Below are positions 11,141-24,400 of a DNA stretch of 64,000 bases, one piece after another. Made by a program: the position numbers and the translations under genes. Each line of letters opens with the position of its first letter. Position 1 is the stretch's first letter. The notes beneath the pieces were generated by a model. It did not search any database, was not told the DNA's origin, and saw only the letters and a program-made list of their open reading frames with translations. The stretch covers positions 16,492,001-16,556,000 of the forward strand of contig NC_087254.1 in NCBI RefSeq assembly GCF_037042905.1, given 5' to 3'. The DNA comes from Lytechinus pictus. Lineage: Eukaryota.

Positions 11141-14100
11141 TAGATAGTATACAAATAATTAATGTTAATGAGTGCAATGGACAGAATACTTCATGAGGTG
11201 AAAGATGAAATGATCCAATCTTTCACCAAGTGAAATATTCTGTCCATTGCACGAATGAAGTACATTCATTATTTGGTTTACATGACACCTAAAAATAGAT
11301 CCTTGTCATTTGAAATTTATGAATTTTGATGCAAAATAAATTATGCCCATGCAGTGCGAGCTCGGTCTGTTGATTGTCGCGTACATAATACACGCACGCT
11401 GCAAACACAAGTGTTTTTACTTGTGGTGCCTGGGGTCTTGGTGCGCTCGTGCAATGGACAAAATCGCATGGATCCAAAATTGCACGATGAATGGATCCAA
11501 AATTGCATGGTTGATGACGTCATTGTAAATGGGCTGAATGATCAACATCAAACAACCAATCAAATGACAAGGATCTATTTACTAGGTGTCATATACATGT
11601 AACGCTTCATGATACCTTTGTAAGTTATGTATGACTCTACCGTGACTTGATAACACGTTTCATAAAGCAAATAGTGATTTTCACCAACTAATTTGTTCTG
11701 AGCCAATCAGATGCAAGGATTTCAGTAGCTTATAACAGTTGTCAGTGAAAATCACTATTTGTTTCTTGAAAGGCTCCCCAGTTCTTTGGCGTACAATCAT
11801 GATTTCCATCAGATGCTCAAGGATGAAATACATTCTTGTTAGAATGGTTTTTCCCCTCTATAATACGAAGCATCTGATTGCAACTCGTAGCGTTGTCTGA
11901 TTGTAATAAAGGGTCAAAAGACATTTTGTTGTGTCAGTGCAAGAATGCCCTTAGCAAAACGTTTTCGCGCACCACATCAGAGCAGATATGCCCTTACGCA
12001 ATGCACTTTTGCGCTGCCAAGAGCGTTTTTGCACGCATGCGATGTATGAAAATATGGTGTTAAGCACTTGTCAGACGTTATATCAGCAGATATGCCAATT
12101 TTCAGATAATATTCTGAATTCAGACTATATCAACTTATTTTCAGTGATACCATGCGCATTTTCCATGCATGAAATGGCTCATTCTCGATGATTTTCAGAC
12201 TCATTTTATCATTTCTAAGTGGCATCTGTTTCAAACAAGTCCTGGTGGGTGTTTTGTAAAGCGGTTCGTAAGATACGAATGACTTTACGCATGACTGGTG
12301 ATCCTTTCTTGTGCTATGTGATATCCCTATGTAAGAGATTTATGACCTAAGAACATGTTCCAGCTTTATGAAACACCCGCCAGATTTATCCAGCATAGGA
12401 ACAGTACCCATCGGCCAGCCAGAATCAAGGATAGTTGTCAGGTCTGACTTCTTGTCAGAGGACAGATCTTGTGTTGGTGCAAGAACACTCTTACCATAAC
12501 ATGCGATGCCCAAAAGTGTGGTGTTAAGGGCGTTCTTGCACTGACACAACGAAATGCCGATGAGACATTCCATCACCAGTTGTAAAGTCATGCATAAAGT
12601 TTAATGATGTATGTAGATTTGTGTGCAATTTACAAAGGGTTTCATGAAACAGCCTCTTGAATGATAAAATAAGGAGTTGGAACAATGCACATGGTTCCAA
12701 TGTGTTATAAATTTTTATCTATCGGTTGCATGTCAAAGTAGGTGGATTGTATTTTGGTACCGCTGTATGTATCATGAGAGAGATTGAAGGAATATTATAT
12801 TGGATGGCTTAGAATAGGAAACCAAAAATATTCCAGGAGTTAAGGAATATTGCACATATCATTGATGAATGCAATGCTGCGTATCATGGATGAGTGTAAT
12901 ATTGCCTTAAGAAGCTAAATATTTCTGGTCTCATACGTAAAGACCATTCATTAATCTATAATGATTGTTCATGATATTGTGCAATATAGCCTGAAATTGC
13001 ACTCCTACCTGTAGTTTTATACATATCACATCTGTATCAGGTTTAAGGCTTATGATATGTTTTATCAGGCTACATGTTAACATGTCAAAAAAAAATTCGA
13101 AAAATTATTTTGTTCAACCAATTAAGGGTTTGTACAAAAGTTATAATTGATTGTTAATATCAATTGCATCTCTTATGTTACAACCCCCCCTGAGTCCCAT
13201 CTCAAAAAGAGATGTGATCAATCTAAAATTCCTATCTCTTAACTACAAAACTTTGATCGATCGCAGTTTGGGTTTGAATTTAATCCATCATAATTCTTTG
13301 TAAGACAGGCCCCAGATTAAGAAAGTCACTGGCATAGCCTGTTGTGGTCGAATGTGTGTACAGTATACAAGTCTTTCAAATGAATTCTTTTTTAATAATG
13401 GTGTACCTCTGAACGTGCTCTGATTCGCTTGACACATGGCGTAACTTCTGTTTTATGGATAATTGGCAGAAAGTTTAACTTTGGCTTTGGCTAAATTTCG
13501 ATAGGTGCAAAAGATTCATCAATAAATCTTATGTGTCATGGGTATACAATGTACATTGTGATTTATTATTATATTGTTTTTATTATTATTAATTTTTTTG
13601 AGGCGGGGGGGGGGGGGGGGGGCACTAGACTTAATGCACAACATGATGCATATCATTTATCTTTACCAAGTATAAATATATACAACTCTAATCTTTAAAC
13701 TTGTTTTTGTATGTATGTAACGTTTGTACCGGTATATAATTTATATTTTTTGTATTCATTGTTATGTTTGCTGAGATTTCTTTTGGGATGATTACAGATT
13801 ACGGTATGCAATCATGTATGGCAATGGTGTTACGATCAGTGTGTATCCAAAAGTGTTCTGTTCTTGCAAGGTATCAAGAATCGATTAAATCGATGGAATA
13901 TTCCAAGACCGAATGCCAACTTAAAATTCATAATGCAGGTTGTGATTCTCCTTATCGCGTATAGCTTATACTCCGCAATATCAACCATTGGTGTTGAAGA
14001 GGGTGTCCTCTGAAAAGTCTTTGAGGTACCTGGATGTGTAGTGAGGGGGTACTTTCCATTCAAACAGCTGATAAGCGTTTTTGTGCATTCGGAACACACG

Positions 14101-14231
14101 ACTGTTGAAAAATCCTTTCAGTTCTTGAACTATCAACCGTTGAAACGATCCATAATTGTGGAAACAAACACTGAAATTGAAATTTTCACAATCAGCTCAG
14201 GTTCCTAGCTGTAAATGGTAGCGTTGATCAT

Positions 14232-14487
14232 CAGGGCACCTGTCTTACAAAGAGTTGCGATTGATCCGATCAACCACAACTATGGACGGCCAGCAATGTC
14301 AACATCCAAAATGCAAATTTGTTCAATATGTTAATTTGTTCAAAATTTTTTCTAGATATGTATATATTCATTCATTCATCATTCTCTTGAAGATAAATTT
14401 CCTGTATAAAAATCATGGTATGAATGGATTTCCATACAGTTGAGATTGATTGGATCGATCGTCACTCTTTGTAAGACGGAGCCCTGC
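14232..14487. mobile_element. MITE (GTCTTACAAAGAG family)
   Basis: TIRs GTCTTACAAAGAGTTGCGATTGATCC / GGATCGATCGTCACTCTTTGTAAGAC. Same family as 43886-44162. Confidence 0.75.
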
Positions 14488-15285
14488 TGAGCTAAATACT
14501 ACCAGGAAGTGCGTGTCCCAACAAAATTACCCTGGATATTGATATCACGGAGTAACGGCTATACATGTATGCGATAAGGAGAATTTATTTCATCCACTGA
14601 GTTAGGTTTGCGTGCAAACTAGTCGGAGTATGCTATCAAAGACAAATGATTGCAACTGCATGCAATTTCATTCCAAGTTACAGAAGAATTCCATCAGTGT
14701 ATAATTGCATATCAGAGCACCATAGCAATGATTACATTTGCATGGATACTGTTTTTCAAGAACAATAATTTCCTTTTAAGAAATATAAATATTTATCAGG
14801 ATGTCTTGCCGTTTGAATCTGATTGTGCTCGTATTTGTGAGTTTGTTTTGTTACCAATAATTTGTCTCTAAATGTTTCAGAAAAAATCCTTATCAAACAT
14901 CAAAGGTCATTTTGTAACATCATAATTGTCAAATGTAATGACATTTTCTCTTGAAATATTACCTGGATGACTGAGTACCATTCCATTAATACTTGGTAAC
15001 TGTGCCTGTTACCAAATAAGCCTTTCACAGTTGTAACTGTGCATGAGCAGTAAAAGATCATTCGAGATATACCATCAAGATGCATTTCAAATTCGCCGAC
15101 ACAAGCATTTGTGATTTGATAGTTATTCACATATTCGTTTTAAAACATTCTTGTTCATTGCATCCGCTTAAGAGTAACAGTGTTCACAATCATTGGTGTT
15201 TGACAGTAGCCCAAATAACAATGTGCCAGAAGCGGCCGTTACCCCAATTTCCAAACTTGGTCACTGAGACGTACTATTCTAGTCA

Positions 15286-15422
15286 CTGGGGTTCTGTAAC
15301 ACAAAGGTTAGCGATTAATCGTACGCTTGATTCTCACCATTGATTGTACATTGTAGTCAATGGAATCATTCGTAGAAAACTATTCTACGATCATTGCTAA
15401 GCTTTGTGTTACGGGCCCCTGG
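15286..15422. mobile_element. Palindromic MITE (GTAACACAAAG family)
   Basis: CTGGGGTTCTGTAACACAAAG...CTTTGTGTTACGGGCCCCTG. Confidence 0.7.
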
Positions 15423-18160
15423 TCTTTAAAGGAATTTGAATGCCACAGGATGCTATGTCTAGGAAGCTTAGCATCTTCATTGCTCATTGTTGTAATGAAA
15501 TATGGAAAAAGTCATTTGAGAAAAGCTGACAATGCGCTAACTGTGAACTGGATTATCAATAACTAATATAACTATTAGTAATGTTTTATGCATCAGTATC
15601 CAGAAATGGAATTTTGTGTGATATTATGTGTACATGGTCATTAATATGACCTACATATTAGTGTTCAGATTATTGGTCTTTGATATATATGTAAAAATAA
15701 AGGAGAATAAATCAGATGGAATATATTGCTAATTTGTTGTTTTCTGCATTATTATGTAATGTACTCATAATGCTAAGAGAATTAAATGAAAGTATACTTG
15801 GTGAAAGATGAGAAATATGGGGGAGTATAATCTTATGGAGAATGGTGTTTTTCACAAAATGGTTGAAAAAATCTGAAAGAACGACATTAAAATAATCTTC
15901 AGGGAATAATTTGATATTTTTTTACAATTGTGCTTTCGGTTATCTCAAATGATGGTAATAATAATTACTTTTTATAAAACACTTTTTCAAGTTACAAGAG
16001 CTATACAAATGACAAAAACAAATACAACAATGGGAAAAAACTAAAAATAAAACTACATGAAATGAAATACAACTTGCAATATATATAAAAACAAATGAGA
16101 TATGAGCATCTTCTTGAGCGCACTTATAGAAGGGCACTGTTGAAATTTATCAGGTAATGCATAAACATATTTTGGGGGGCAATTGGAAATGACCTACATG
16201 TATCATCTATCGATTTGAATGTTCTTTGGATATGTAATGATGACAGTGTTTACGTGGATTGATATTGCAAAAAGTTTGCTACTGGTAATGTTTGTATCAA
16301 CAGTGATAAGGAATTCTGATATTCTGACAGGTTACAGAATAAACAAACAGACTTCTAAGTTTATTTTTTTAATAATAATAAAATATGTAAAGCTTACAAA
16401 TTCATATATTGTACAAAATAACACAATAATCAAAGCACACATTAACTTGGCATTTTGGCAAATAACGTAACATATAAGTAAATTACAATTCCAACAAACA
16501 CTTGTAATTATTCATTAATATTCTGAGTTGTTCCTCTGCAAATCACAATTAAATAATGGTATATCACCCCTTTAAATGCATCACTTAATTCACTTTCATT
16601 ATTAAAGAGGGGCTGTTACACAAATGAAGTTTGAATAACTGGTATGATTATAGAAGTGGAATGACTGTAATGGCTATTCCACAGGTATCAGATTTATCTG
16701 AAGCAATCAAATATGCCTGGTAAAAACAAACAACAACAACGTAAGTCAGAGCTCTATCACTGGTAGTGGTAACATATTTCAGAAACTGCATGTGAATAAA
16801 GGGTGTACATATTAATGTTTCAGCCATGCGAAATTGTAAATATTCCATGACTGACAAAATAAAGGAATCAAATACATTTGCAACATTAAAAAAAAACTGC
16901 TTGAATGTTGCATGGATCCAAAACTATGCACAAGTGATCCCATTATAAAATACTGGCATATAGAATATCATAGCTTATTTCTTCGCAACATAAATGAAAG
17001 AACAAAACCAGGTTAAATTCAAATATCTTTATCAACCTGATAAAATATTTGCATCATAACGTGTCACTGTACGATGAACCCAGCATGTACAGTACAATGT
17101 ACATACAAATTTATGTATGTACACTGTTCTTTAGTTGCATCATATTCACAGTTTACACACACACACACATGTGCGCGCAGCAGACATGAGTGCACATATC
17201 TTTCATCTATTTGAAGTCAAGCTCACTGAGGTTTTTTTATCCCCCCCCAAAAAAAAAAATATCTGGTAAAGGTAAAAATATATTTTGTACTTGTTTATCC
17301 TACCAGCTTTGTTTTGAAAAAAAAAATCATCACTGACAACATTCTTCAGTATGGCTTATTGACTTTGCATAATTTCATATTTTAGGCATGCCAAATGTTT
17401 AGATGTCTGTTAACACTTTTTAACACCATCATCTTTACTAAAAAAATAGCTGTATTAAAGAAGAATACAATTGGATAATTTGTATTGGTTTTTTTCAGAT
17501 TAATGACCCCATTTTCCACTAGTGTTCACTCCATGAACTAATTACTGAGATTTTACTTGTTTTGCTTGGTTTGAGAGTTGGATTGATTCTTTGAAACTTG
17601 GGGGAAACCCAAACAGAGAAGAAACATTCAACAAGAACATAGCTTTTGAACAGGTAAATGCAAAATATTCTGACAGTGTTAAATGGGTTTCATCCATTTC
17701 AATGGAAAAAGAAGAATACTGGATGTACAATATCCCTGCATACGGGTAGCCTACACTCTACTACCACATTTTCTTATACTTATTCATATAATCAGTCATC
17801 AACAATTAGTACAGGATTATCATTTTTCTTTCATATGTAGCAATGATATTTTATATAACACTGCAGGGACTTTGTGATTTCTAAAAATATAATGCCATAT
17901 CATTGTGTCAAATGGAAGACTATTACATTTTATATGTCTCCATATGTACTTTCATCAAAGAGTTACTTGCGCTCTGCAGTGACAATTTGCATAATCAATA
18001 CAGAAGACCCATGACATTCCCAAAACATAAGCATAAAAACACCCCATAAACCTATTTTATAAAACCTATTAATGCAAACATATTTGCATTAATAGTCCAG
18101 AAATGTACATTCCTAGGATTCCAACAGCTGCAGTGTGAAAAGGGTCCATGTCAGCACCAA

Positions 18161-19579
18161 CTAGCTCTGCAGAGCAGGATCAAACATCTTCCACAGCCTA
18201 TCAAACTCTTGAACGTATGGATCAACTATCTGCGGATTGTCTGTGATGATCATGTTCTCGTTGTTGGCTGTGGTCGCATGGCTCGTCCAGTTAAAGGATC
18301 CGGTGATGACCTTCTTTCTGTCCACCACTACAAACTTGTGATGCATGAGGTAGTTGATGTTTGTTCTCACTTGTATCCCTGAGGAGGAAAATATTGTAGA
18401 AATATCATTCTGTAAAATATTTTCAACCCATAGAGATAAAAAGGTTTGGGTTGATTTTGTAGACCTTCAGTATGTTTCAACAGTACAGATTAGTGAATTC
18501 AAAGCTGCAACAATCTAAATAATAATAATATAATAGCTTGTGTCATACATCAATTTTTTTCAGAAAGCACAACTACTATTATCCCGACTTAAGCTCAAGC
18601 TTCCACTTCATGTACATGTACATTCAAGGAATTAATACCATCGGATACCCATTTACCTCACCTGGGTCAAGTGCAGTACAGTTTGGATCAATTTCTTCCT
18701 AAGGAAATTATGCCATGACTGGGATCAAACCCACGATCCTCTGTTTCAAAGTCCTGAGACTAATCCACTGGGCCACAACACTCCACATATTCATGAATCA
18801 ATACATGTTATTTCATGATTTTCATAATTGTCTCAGTGTAAAATTTTAGAATCATCATTATACAACTTAACACTTTGATGAACATCATGGCCAAATTTTC
18901 ATTCAAACTGCTAAACATAATAAGTCTTATTAGCATGTAAGTAGAAATTGCATTCAAATTCATAAAGCCACATGGATAAATCTGCTGATAAATAAGGACA
19001 CCTATATTAAAAATATTCTTTTTAAACCCCCCCCCCCCACAGGAATGCAAATGTACCTCTGGATCTTAATTTGCCGACTTGAGTGCCTGTGTAATTCTGA
19101 GCTTCCTGATTGGTGATGACCCTCACAAGAACACCCCTTCCTTTCATGCTGATCACAAAATTGACAAGCTCTGCATCGGTCATGACATAGACGCACACGT
19201 CCAGGGTCGTCTCCGCCGAACGAATGTGGGACAGGAACTGGTACATGGAGTTATTGTCATCATGGGAGAACCAGCACCTCTCAACCCGGCACCCGTCTCC
19301 CCAGAAGTGAGGCTTGCATGCCCTAACCCTGTCAGGGAATATGAGGACCTTGTAGATGTGAGGATCTTTGAAGGTCTTTGAATCCTCTGCAGGGGTGGCG
19401 GTGGTGTCAATCGCTTCGGTCTGGGAATCACTGAACTTGCTGATGAAGTAAGTGCCAAGCCTGGACACCAGCCTGCGTCTCCAAATGTAATAGACGACCT
19501 CTGAGGCTAATCCCACGACCAGAGTGAGACCCAGCACTTGTTTAACAGTTACCATGGTAATGTAGCTTTCACCCTGCAT
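18161..19579 (-). CDS. PLD6: PLD6 / Zucchini / MitoPLD (mitochondrial cardiolipin hydrolase, piRNA biogenesis nuclease), ~246 aa
   Basis: Coding exons 19579-19057 and 18378-18161 joined by a phase-1 GT-AG intron (...GKLRSR-G-IQVRTN...). Features: N-terminal hydrophobic anchor followed by a basic patch (VLGLTLVVGLASEVVYYIWRRR), CCCH zinc wing (CKPHFWGDGCRVERCWFSH), LDVCVY motif, single HKD catalytic motif MHHKFVVVDRKKVITGSFNWT...NNEN. Confidence 0.95.
18518..18786 (-). mobile_element. tRNA-derived SINE, family A (in the PLD6 intron)
   Basis: Reverse-complement match to 1443-1743, including the tail. Confidence 0.75.
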
Positions 19580-20499
19580 CTAATCTTGTTTTTCATAGAA
19601 CCAGCGTTTTGAGACAGAGATGGGGATGTTCTGCTGATAACAACAAAAATACAAGATGAATCAAGGAGACTTACTTGAGAATTACTTAGAATTGAAGATC
19701 AATACGTAATGTTTGATAAAATTTAAACTGTTGACTACAGAAAAATTTGAAAAATTTGAAAAAAAAATAAGGCAGTTATGAATTTTATCTTTTTAAAGTT
19801 CTAAAATCAGAAATAGCTATACTTTAGAAGAAAAATGGCGACGTATGTGATGTCATTAATGCAGGGTATACATGTAGATCAAGTCCACATGCTTCAATAC
19901 ACAAAATTAATACGAAGTTTGTAAAAATGTAGTTTGTTTCCTTAAAATTACAGAATCTTATATTCAGACATCAGAAAAATGTTCTTACATAATGACCTGC
20001 AACATGCTTGTTATTATGGTCTTCAGGAAAAGGGGTTCCAATGCAACTTCAAATCCTGATTATTAATAACATGACAAATGGAAGAGTTTTACTTGCAACC
20101 TGTCACAATCTATTATCTATGCATTTATAATTTTTACATATTTCTTACTTCTACGGATCTAATTTTTCTGAGTAACTTTACAATCCAATAGTCATTAAAA
20201 AAATTGATTGAGAGCATGGATACTGTTAGAACGAGGCATCACACATATTCTTGGTGTTCCTCTCATTTTCCTCATTCCAAACATAGTTTATTATAGGTTG
20301 GATTCCCCTTTAACATGTTTAACTTAAATTGAAATTGTCATCATGGATGGATATAATCTGTGACAATTTTGTCACAATATGAAATTGATAATATTTATGT
20401 TTGTACATTTATCCTACATGATAACTGCAACTGTAGAATAAATGCAAAAAAAGAAATTAAATTAGTAAATTACAGATATTCTACAGATTATACCTGTTC

Positions 20500-21414
20500 A
20501 CAGCTAAACTGTAACAGCGCCCTGCGCGCAGGAGCCAGCTGCAGCTAGCAGCAGATCCGAGCATGCCCGCCCCGCCGACACGGCTGGGTCCTCATCAAGA
20601 TCACACCCTCGCACCCACCCCGCCCCCAGCCTCGTCCTCGAGCTCGCGGACAGTGCTTGCAACAAACAATGTTTTGCCACTGAATTGCAGCCGCCTCACA
20701 AAGCCATAGCAGTCAGATTTACACTCACCTGAAATGAAATCGGCAAAAACGATTGAAGTCCTTACATCACCAACAATATTCTTTCAAAGTGAAATTTCCG
20801 CAATACGTTGGCGCGGTGGGTACTGGGAAGTGGTAATACGGGTAATACTGTACTAGCGCTAGCACGTGTATTTACAATAGGATGTAAATATAACCTTTGA
20901 CCTGAAACTGGCGGACGGTTATTGAATGGGTAAAGAATGTGATTAGGCTATTGTATACAGATATAAAATGGTGATGATTTCGTTAGTAATCTCTTTTGAA
21001 AGTAATTCTATTCCTTTATGATTACTGTATATAGTTTGAAAAATAGGGTAAAAAGACGTTTGTTGAACTATACTCTGGGGTAATTTAGAACTTATTTTCT
21101 TCAGTGTAGATGTATGTTACAACGTTGTGATTTGGCGTTGCCAAGCATTCGCTCAATACGTGTGGTAAGCAAAGCATGGGGAGATGCCAGTTACACGATC
21201 TCTGGGAGCGTAGCTGCGACAGCACAGCAAGAGACCTTCACTCGCGGGGAGCGCTGGGCATGATTTCAACAAGGTCACCGTTGCTTACTTGGATTTCAGC
21301 TGCTTTTTCCGCGGATTCGTTCCTCTCCATCAACAACTGTTAACAACAAACTAGATTGCATCTGCGATGTTATATCTCTACTGAGAAGAAATCAACAACT
21401 ATTCAAGTGCAAAA
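20500..21414. promoter_or_regulatory. Bidirectional promoter region between PLD6 (-) and the QRICH2-like gene (+)
   Basis: CpG/GC-enriched patches (20510-20700, 21130-21320) in an AT-rich background, GC boxes (CCCGCCCC), TGCGCGCA, a DR1-like TAACCTTTGACCT at 20891-20903 and an X-box-like GTTGCCAAGCA near 21137. The two genes diverge from here. Confidence 0.6.
20729..20830 (-). other. PLD6: Probable non-coding first exon (5' UTR) of PLD6
   Basis: Strong minus-strand donor CAG|GTGAGT at 20729/20728 and a minus-strand acceptor (T-rich...TATCAGCAG) near 19631-19636 upstream of the ATG. The upstream boundary is approximate. Confidence 0.5.
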
Positions 21415-24400
21415 ATGGCGACCATGACTGAAATAAATTTTGCAGAATTGATTGATTTGTCGCTGGGAACACCCGAAGTCGTGAATTACAAAGGTTTGCG
21501 AGTGCTTCTTGCTGCAATTGTAAGCAAACTGGGAGTGACTAGTGTTAACTTGGAATTAAATGAAGGAGATAAAAAAGAAATAAATGAAGTGAGGGATGCT
21601 CAATCTAAAGGCAAAGCAAGAGAACATGATGGGACAACTCCGACAAGGCCTTCCACGGGCACGGGCACCGGGCGATTGGAAACCAATTTTACTGACATTG
21701 ACAAGAGCAAGAGCATCGCCATTGCGGATTCATCCAGAGACGGAACTGTGCCCAGCAAAGACAAAGTTATTCAGGATATTGAACAAAAAATGTCAAAGAT
21801 TGAGGGACAGTTGAGTGCACTGAATGCCTTGCCATCAAATCAGAGTTTGATGTCAAGATCAGGAAGCAGCGATGATGGAACGAAGAAGACTCCTGTTTCA
21901 GACATGTGGCAACTGATGCAATGTCAGAAGACGGCTGCAGCAAATGAAGAAGGTGTTTCAAAGGTAGATCGGTAGAAATTTTTTGGGGTCTTCAAGCTAA
22001 CTCAGAGATCCCTTTGCAGTTCAACAATTTTTCTTTCCATTTTCACAGGGGGTCTTTGAGAGAATAAAGAGTTTTTCTGTTAACAAATTTAAAGCTTGGT
22101 AAACTTGTAACAAAAACACTTAAGTCTAACATTAGATTTAATAATATATGCACTGTAGATCTACATGTAGTTCATACTTGTATTTAGTATTTGTAGGTCG
22201 AAATGTATGTAGAAGACTATGATCAGCCAGAGCTTTGACAGCAGTTGTAGTTTGACTACATTAATTATAATCTGATGAAATTCTTGCCAGGATTGGAAGA
22301 CCTGTGGATTATTACTGTACGGTAGGGTAACACATAATTCTTTTTTGTAAAACAATGTTTGAAATATATATCTTTTTGCATTGCATTCTCAAACTATTAT
22401 TGATTGGTATGGTAATAATCAACTCTGATTGTGGGCATCGCCAGTATTAGTGAAGACCACCTTGAGCCGATACCCTATTGTTTTCTTTTTGAAGCGTACA
22501 GTGGTGCTAGAAAGTTAGTGAACTCCACCAGAAAACGAACATATTTCATGTGTTTAAGTTCTGTCATGTTTTAAATATTTAATTGAGAAGTCAGGTGATG
22601 AATTATTACATTCAATAAAGTTTGTTTCTCTGGGCTCGCCGAACATTGTAGTGTAATTGTCTCCATTCAACACTCGGCATGAAGGAGTGCATTTTCAAGG
22701 TGGGGCTCACTAACTTTTGAGCACAACTGTATGTTCTGAGAAAAAAAGCCTAAGTTCCAGTTTGTTTTATTCTTACATTTTTATACAATAAATTCAACTT
22801 TCATTTGTACTGGTAATTGATATCACTATGGAAAATCAGGATCATCTCTGACATTCCATAGTACATAATTATAATGGAAAGCTTGAACACCTTCATTGGT
22901 AATTTTTCACTAAGTACTAAGGATTGAAAGAAAATACATCCAATCTAGTTATCAAATAGGAAGGGGTGGATGTCCGGACACATGAGCAAAGAAACCTTTG
23001 TACTTTTTAACCCTTGTACTGGTATGTATGAGAAAGGTGATTTTCCCTTTAAAATCAAACTCTTGAACTTTCATGTTAAAATGATCTCTATCTCTTAATT
23101 CTTACTCATATGACAGAAAGCTATTTAAATATGAAATTAGTTCTATTTTTATTCCTAGAAATTCTATTTCTTCTTGATTTCATAAGGTAATAATGCAACA
23201 TTGCAAAAGTAAATATTGTTCCCTCCAACCATTTCCTTCCAACTATAATACCCTTGATCAGGGACGGATCCAAGATTTTCAAAAAGGGGGAGGGGCACAT
23301 TTTCCCCGAGAAAAATTTGAAAAGGAAGAGAAAAAAAGGTCCTCATTTATGAGCGGCATATTCCTTAAAAACATATTGTGATTTCCAAAGCGGGGGGCAC
23401 AGCCGGATGTGCCCTCCCCCTGGATCCACCAGTGCCCTCGATGTGAATGAATTACAACTTTGGATGGTTATGCTGGATACAATCTTCAGATTAGTATATA
23501 GGTCTACTGCATGTGAATGAGAATCTAGTCATTTCAATTTCTGACTGATTTTGGATTTGTAAAATAATTACAGATTATACACTGTACATGTAGGTCTATA
23601 CTTTTTTCTTTTTTTTTACAAGTTTGGATTCATCAAAAGCAGACTAAGGGCATTCCACTCTTCACCTTTTCCATTCTAGTTTCTTTGTGTATTGTATAAG
23701 TGCTTTAAAAAAACAGCAACTGCCTAAGATTGCACCTGCTCTCTCTTTATTGGAATTCCAACAGTTGTGATATTACCTTGACATCAGAGAGTAAATAATA
23801 GATGTCATTGCAGTGACATCAGTATCTCGAGCATAGATTTTATAGCCTACACATGATGAAATTTTCAGAATTACTGAGGTCTGAGCAGTCTTCCCGCATG
23901 AAGCAATATTTTGTTGAAATATGTCGGGTGGGTCATTTATTTAGTATTTTTATAATTGTTATTATCTCATTATTTATTTATTTATTAGTAATTTATTTAT
24001 TATTTGTTACTATTTTTTATCTGGGGGTTCTGCTGAAATTTTAGTGAAAAAGTCTTGAATAGTATTTGAATGTACCTACACAGTCATACAAAATTATTTT
24101 ATGTTCTCATTAATTGGTGTTGTTTTGCACTGAGAATCCTTATTTATTTATATTTCTAAAATTTCATGTACATATACATGTAAGAAAAGCTTAAAGGCTG
24201 ATATTTAATAATGAATTTGATGAGTTTAATAATATTTCATTAACAATGAATCTTAATAATTTTAGTCAGATATCATTGTACAGTAAACTGCCGATTTGTT
24301 TATTGCCAACTTGTCCACTCATCACATAGTCTACCTTCATTTTAAGTCTAATGCCATTCCGTCCATCAACATTTCGTCTAGCAGTCAAGTGGGCATTAGA

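Noticed and set aside
19079-19458. Overlapping alternative-frame and antisense ORFs on the PLD6 exon
   Set aside because: Expected shadows of a GC-richer coding exon, with no independent support.
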